Positions 57,361 through 64,000 of a stretch of 64,000 nucleotides of DNA are shown here, piece after piece. The notes under the pieces were generated by a model that worked only from the letters and a program-made list of their open reading frames with translations, searched no databases and was not told where the DNA came from. How positions within the stretch are numbered: the stretch's first letter is position 1; the number at the start of each line of letters is the position of its first letter. The position numbers and the translations under genes are program-made. The stretch is from Piromyces finnis finn. Its lineage: Eukaryota; Fungi; Neocallimastigomycota. The stretch covers positions 620,001-684,000 of the forward strand of contig MCFH01000017.1 in assembly GCA_002104945.1 (NCBI GenBank), given 5' to 3'.

Positions 57361-58743
57361 ATGGATAATAAAAATAAAGATATAAAATCTGAACCTTCTT
57401 CTTTCTTGGTTCAAGATTATACTCCAAAAAACACTATATCACTAAACAAGTCAGGAAGTAAAAGTTCATTTGTTAAAGAAGAAAAATATGAATTCAATGC
57501 ACCAAAATATTATGATTTTGAAGCAGGTACTCCAAGTACTAATGTAGATTCCTGGTTTGGTGAGTATTACATTTATATATTAATATATATTAAAATTAAA
57601 AAAAAATAATAATTTTTATTTATAAAAATGATAAATTTCTATATTTTGTGTGTGTCCATGTGTTTTTTTTTTTTTTTAATTTAATTTAATATATTTATAT
57701 AAACTTTAGACACTCTGGTAGATACACCATGTAATAAAACAATGATTTCATCTAGGATGATGAATAGGTAATGCAAAAATGCCATAAATTTTAAATTTGT
57801 TAAAAAAATGATTTAGTTAATAATCTTTTTTTTTTTTCATTTTATAAATTAATTTTATAGTCAAGAGAAAAAGTTATTTACACCCCCATCAAATAATATA
57901 AAAGAAACGCCAACGAATAAGAATAATGATAAAGGAAAAGAGATAGAAAAAGAAGAAAAAGAATATGATAATATAAAAGAATTAAAAAATAAAGTCAAAA
58001 AAGAAAATGTTGAAACAATAAAGAAAACTGGTATAAATAAGGAAAAGACAAATGCAAATTTAAATGAAAATACATATTCAAATACCAATATTAATACCAA
58101 TACCAATAATGATGATAATACTAATGATAATAATACCACTGTTCATAATAAACCATCTGAAATAAATAATAATGTAGATAGTAATATCACTAATAGTCAT
58201 TCAAGTATTTATAATAATATCAATACTAATACAAGTAAATTATCAAATATATTGAGTTCTTGGGATACCCACGAAAAAAATAAAATTACAAATCAAGCAA
58301 ATGAGAATATTAAACAATATTTAACTAATTCCTTCCGAACTGAAATTCACAATTTAAATAGAGGAAAAAGTAGAAAAAGAACAGAAAAAATCGTAGAACA
58401 AAATAATAAAATAGAAAATTTTAGAATAAAATCATCCAAACCCATTTTAACAAGTAAGCCTGTGAATATAAATACCAGCGAATTAAGAACAGAATTGTTT
58501 GTAAAGAGAGAAGTAAGTCGTACTATCGTTATGAAAAAAAAGACTTTTTTTTTAATAAAAAGAAATATAACTTTTTATTATTTCATAATAATTTTTTTTT
58601 TATTTAAAAAATTGCATAATTTTTTGATTTGATTTGATATAGAATTTTTATTAAATTTTTTAAAAATTTTACAAAAACAATAACTAATAAAAAAAATTTT
58701 ATTTTTTCTCATTCATTTTAATTTTTATTAACAACATAACACC

Positions 58744-58782
<39 letters not shown>

Positions 58783-61700
58783 ATTGAAAAATAACATTTT
58801 TAATATTCACATTTTTTAAAAAAAAAAGAAATCAAGACTTAGTGAAACCAGTGAGAATGAAAAACCTGTAGAATTTGAATCACGCATAAATACTATTTTA
58901 AAGTTTAAAAATACGCTTAGAAGACAATCTGTAAGTGCAATGCTATATAATATTTTTAAAATTCATTTAAATTTAAAATATTAAATATCATACTATTCAT
59001 ATTATTCATATTGTATGATCTATTTATCCATTTATATAAAAAACAAAGAAACAATATAAAAGAAAATTAAAGTTAACAATACCTAAATCACCAAATATTA
59101 CTAAAGTTGTCCCAAGAAAAAGTAGAGATAATTGGATAGTTAAACCAGTTATGGAGAAAAAGAAGTCCAGGATTTCTTTAGAAAAATTATTTAGTAAACC
59201 CTTTGAAATTCAAGTACCTCATCGTATGCTTCCATTACCAAAATTTTCCCTATCATCTGATAAGCTGAGACAACAACGACTTTCTCAAATTAAACAAAAT
59301 TTAATAAAGGAGCAAGAATCAGACCAACAAAAAGCAGAATTTCATGCCAGTGAAGCTTCCAATATTATACTATCCAATAGAACTGTAAGTAATACTAATC
59401 TTTTTCCCAAATATTATTTTGAAAATAATAATGATAGATTCAAGCAAGCAAACAAACAAACAAAAAAAAAAAGGAATAATTCTAAATATATTTTGATTAT
59501 TAATATTTATAATAATAAATTTAATTTTTTTTTTTTTTTATATTATACCTTTAAATTTTCAAAGAATGTCAATGTTGTTGAAAGATTATATCATATAAAA
59601 CGAAATGTACCTGCAATAGAAAAAAAAGAAAACGTTTATAAATTTAAAGCTAGACCAGTACCAAAATTAAAACCATTTATAATAAAAAGAATAGATAAAC
59701 CTTTAACAGAAGCCATTAGTCCAATCCTACATTCAGAAATAAGAATGAAAGAAAGACAATTATTTGATGAAAAAGTTCATCAGCATCAAATGGAAATGGA
59801 AAAACTTCAAAAAGAAATGGAATTAGAAAAAGAAGTAATATTTTACCACCATTATTCCTATCATTTATTTATTTTTATTTTTATTTTTATTTTTTTTTTT
59901 TTAATAAACTATAGCATCATATTATATCATATATATCTATTTATATATCTATTTGTTTTCCTTTTTAAAATACAATATAATATTATATATTTGTTTGTTT
60001 TCCTTATTTAATTGTAAATTATTTACATTTATATATATATTTTTTTTTCGTATTGAATAATAGAAAAGAGAAAAGATATGGATAAAACAATTAAGAAAGA
60101 AAATAGTTCATCATGCAAAACCAGCACCAAATCCAAATTTAGTTTTTCGAATTAAACCATCTCATCAACAATTAACTATTCCAAAATCACCATCATTTGG
60201 GCATCAACGTCCATACAAAACAATTCAAATGAACTCAATCCATAGACAAATGGATCATCGTATAAGAAATTTAAGTCATGAATCTAAAAGTTTAAAAGGT
60301 AGAATAAAAAATTTAAACAGTGAACCCAAAGAAATAGATGATCAAAGAAGAATTTCAAACGAAGAATCAATAGAATTTGATGAGAATGATATTAGTAGAA
60401 TTTCATATGCATCTACTTCATCATCGTATGCCTCAAATCATCCTAAAGAATCAGAATCTGATTCATTATCATCATCCTTATTAAAAATTAACCATCCCAA
60501 TAAACTACTTCGTAAAAATACAGCATTAACAACAACACCTTCTGTATCAACAACAACAACCCATCAATTAGAACCAAAAAAAGTTTCTTCGGAAACATTG
60601 AAAAAAACAATAAAAAAAGAAGTTCCAACAAGATCACTATCTTCTTCAGCATTAATGTCAGTATCCTCTTCCATGAATACCTCCACCTCACCTTTAACAT
60701 CACCAATTTCACGTTCAAAATCATCTCGTTCCTCATTTTCAGTATCATCCTCTGTTACATTAAAAAATTCCCGTGTGAGTACTTCTACGGATTCATTAAC
60801 TTCTAAAGCCTCAAACATCACCACAGATCCGTTAAAGCCAGTAAAATCAGAGCAACCAGAAGTTAATTTATCTACTTCTAGATCTACCTCCACTAAAAAA
60901 AATTCGATAGGTCATCATCAAGATCAATCGGAATCATTTTTTAATTCCCTAGCCTCTGATATATCAAAAACCGTTACTTTAGACAATGCCTCAACTCATT
61001 CTTCAACATCAGCTTTTTCAGATAAACATTCCTCCTCAACCACCACCAAAGTACTTAAAAATATTCAACAACAGCAGCAGCAAAAGCAACTTAAACGACG
61101 CCAAGATCAAGAAAAGCAGTTACAGCAACATAAAAAACAAAAGCAAAAACAACAAGAACAAGAAAAACAATCACAAGAATTAAGAAAACAGGAAAAAGAA
61201 AAATTAAAAAAATTTATGAGTAAAGATTTTAATTATCAAGGACAAGAAAAATTCCTTCAGCAAGTAAAACAAAAGCAAAAAGTTCAAGAGCAACTTTTAC
61301 AACAGCAAGCGCAACAAAGACAGCAAGAACAAGAACAAAAGCAAGTATTGCAAGAAAAAGAAAAACAGCAAGAACAAAATCAGCAACAAAAACCATTAGT
61401 AAAAGTTAAAAAAGAAGTAACCACCTCTCCAAAAGATACTAGAAAATTAAATAGTACTACTAAATCATTAAAAAATACCCATTCCTCAAAGCAAGAAATA
61501 TCATCATCAAACGATAAAATAAATTCACAAAAAGAAAAGCAACCTCAACCCGAAAATAATTTATTATCATCGCCAATTTCTGTTCTAGATATGTTTTCAC
61601 CTGCCAAAAAGAGGCCATTTCCTAGTTCTACAGAATACAATAAAAAAAGAAATTTATCGAGTAGTGGTGGCAAAGAAGACCATCAACCCCAAAATGAAAG

Positions 61701-62544
61701 TCATCGTACACAAAAATTATTTGATACCATTCATAATCATCAAACCAAGTCATCCGTAAATCCAACAACGACATCAAATTTACCTGAACTTTCATCACAA
61801 GAGAATATGATACCTTCAAATATTCAAGGACTTCAGAAAAGAACTAAGGCGCGTTCCAAGTCTTTTATTGATACTAATCGTAATACCAGTGATTATACAC
61901 AACATCAAAAAGCTAGGCTTAGTGATGTTAGTATGAATATCAAGCAAAATATATTAAATGATATCATGTCATTTTCTCCTATCATGAATACCGACTCACC
62001 CTCACCCTTCATTCTAAGTGAAAAGGATAGACAAAAATTAAAAAAGCGTAATTTATTTAGTTCTCCACAAACCAAAAAATTTGAAGTTGCACAACGTGAA
62101 TCGTCCATTGAGCATGAACAACGAAGAAAATCCGAATTTTTAAATAAAATTTTATATGGCGACAAGATCAAAAAAGAAAAGGAAGAAAAGGAAGAAAGAA
62201 GTAAACAAAATACGACAAAAGCTGAAAATTATAAGGTACAATGGATTACCATTGATGAAATAAAAAAAAATAAAAGATCAGATGAAACTGGCGGTCATTT
62301 ACCATTTGAAATTACACCATTAAAAACAAGTCTTTCTGATCTTGATACACCTCGTCATCCAACTCTACCATTAGATAATAATTTATACAAAACACCCGAA
62401 AATCATATTCTTCATTCTCATCCACTACCACCACCACCATCCGAAGAAGAAGAAATTAATGAAAGTTCCACAAAAATTTCTTCCTTGATATCAAAAGTGA
62501 CAAGAAGAACATCCAGAAGACTTAGACCATCCCTAATAAATTAA
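57361..62544 (+). CDS. TPX2: TPX2-like microtubule-associated protein, multi-exon, with long low-complexity C-terminal tail
   Basis: N-terminal YEFNAPKYYDF...NVDSWF (Aurora-A-binding-like); FKARPVP..KPLTE..LHSEIRMKER.LFD..QLRKKIVHHAKP..LTIPKSP. Confidence 0.75.
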
Positions 62545-63188
62545 AATTTTTCTCTAAGGAAAAGAAAAAAAAAAAAAAAATTTAAAGTGTTTTTTTTTTT
62601 TTTTTTACTTAATTTTCATTCTTTATCTTTATATATATACACCATTTTTTTTTTTTTTTAAAAAAAAAAAAAATAATAATAATAATAATAATAATAATAA
62701 CTTTTGTAATTATTTAATTTTTAATATTAAAAAAAAAAAAAAAAAACAATTCTCATCCTTAACCTCATCATTAAATTATTTTGAATATATAATAAAAATA
62801 AAAATAAAAAAAATGCTATCAACTTTTTAATTTTTTTTTTTTTTTTATAAAAATTGTTTTTATTAATTAATTTATTTAAAGAAAAAAAAAATGGAGGGAT
62901 ATCCTTAACGTCTATTTTAAAAAGTAGGTAAATCAATGAAAAAAAAAAAAAAAAACGTTTTTTGTTGTATATATTCTTTATTTAAAATTTAGGTAATTAA
63001 AAAATGAAATATTTAAATAATAGATAGAGAGGTATATAATATTATATATATAGTATTATTATTGAGTACAAAAAAAAAAAATATATATATATATATATAT
63101 AAAATATTAAAACCTAATTTATTCTATTCGCAAAATCATTTGTCTGTTGTATATCTTTTTTCTTTCTTTTATTCTGTATGTTTTTTTC

Positions 63189-63220
<32 letters not shown>

Positions 63221-63585
63221 AAATAGATATATAATTTATCTTCTTCTTTTATTACTTTCATAACTAAATATTATAAAAAAAAAAAATGAGTACTTGTCAT
63301 GTTGGGGATTATTAATTTATTAATATTATATCTATTATTTCTAATATATTTACCTTTCACTTTCTCTATTTCTCTTTTCTATATAAAAGAATATAAAATT
63401 AAATATTATTGTGTTTTGTTTTGTTTTTTAAAAAAAAGACATTTCAATAAAGAGATAAATAGAGGTTTATAATGAAATAATAAAATAATCATTAATAAAT
63501 ATATCAACAATGAAATATTAAAATAATCATTAATAGTATTATTAAAATAATTTTTTTTTTAAAAAAAAAGAAAAACTTACGACTA

Positions 63586-64000
63586 TTTGAAATTCTTTGA
63601 CTACTTCTTCTAGTAATAAAACTACTACTAATCAATTTATCAATATGACTTTCTTCATCTTCAATGTTTGTATCTGTATAATTTTCATCGGTGGAATAAA
63701 TATCTTCATAAATACTATCTTCTGGTTCATCATATTCTTCATAATTATTTTTTTTCATATTTTCATATTCTTCATTTTCTTCATCATTATTATCATTTTC
63801 ATCATCATCATCATCTTCTTCTTCTTCTTCTTCTTCTTCATTATCATCAATATTAATATCTTCATCTTCTTCATCTTCTATATTAATTTCTTCTTCTTCG
63901 TCATCCTCATTATCAGGAATGATTTCTTCGTCTTCTTCTAAATTCAAAAAACCTTTAATATTTTCTTCTCCTTCTTCTTCTTGACCATTTTCTCCATCCT
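63586..64000 (-). CDS. Internal exon of a very acidic protein; gene starts beyond the window
   Basis: Open Asp/Glu-rich frame ending at a GTAAGT donor on the minus strand. Confidence 0.6.

Overview
Extremely AT-rich eukaryotic DNA with spliceosomal introns and long poly-A/poly-T tracts. The style fits an anaerobic gut fungus (Neocallimastigomycota); this is inference, not a database result. The window has two parts. (1) About 1-31.1 kb is a dense nest of Ty3/Gypsy chromovirus LTR retrotransposons. I label the LTR families B, C, D, E and F for convenience. It holds one apparently intact element (16159-22888: 432-bp LTRs with no mismatch seen by eye, ATTAT TSD, single 1452-aa gag-PR-RT-RH-IN-chromodomain ORF), one element with a single nonsense codon, one decayed element, one internally deleted copy and at least seven solo LTRs with readable TSDs, nested up to four deep. 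(2) About 31-37.8 kb is a belt of decayed ORFs, followed by host genes: NUP53/NUP35, multi-exon VPS16, a type I membrane SH3 protein, a TPX2-like gene, part of an acidic protein gene, and a small intronless ORF with foreign-looking codon use. Main observations: four LTR lineages show covarying Tf1-like self-priming (no tRNA primer site); C-family LTRs carry tRNA-like A-box/B-box modules in U3; two related LTRs sit in tandem at the same CAAAA target; an isolated 70-nt hairpin at 51.7 kb; and poly(A)-AG splice acceptors. All coordinates were counted by hand and may be off by a few bases.
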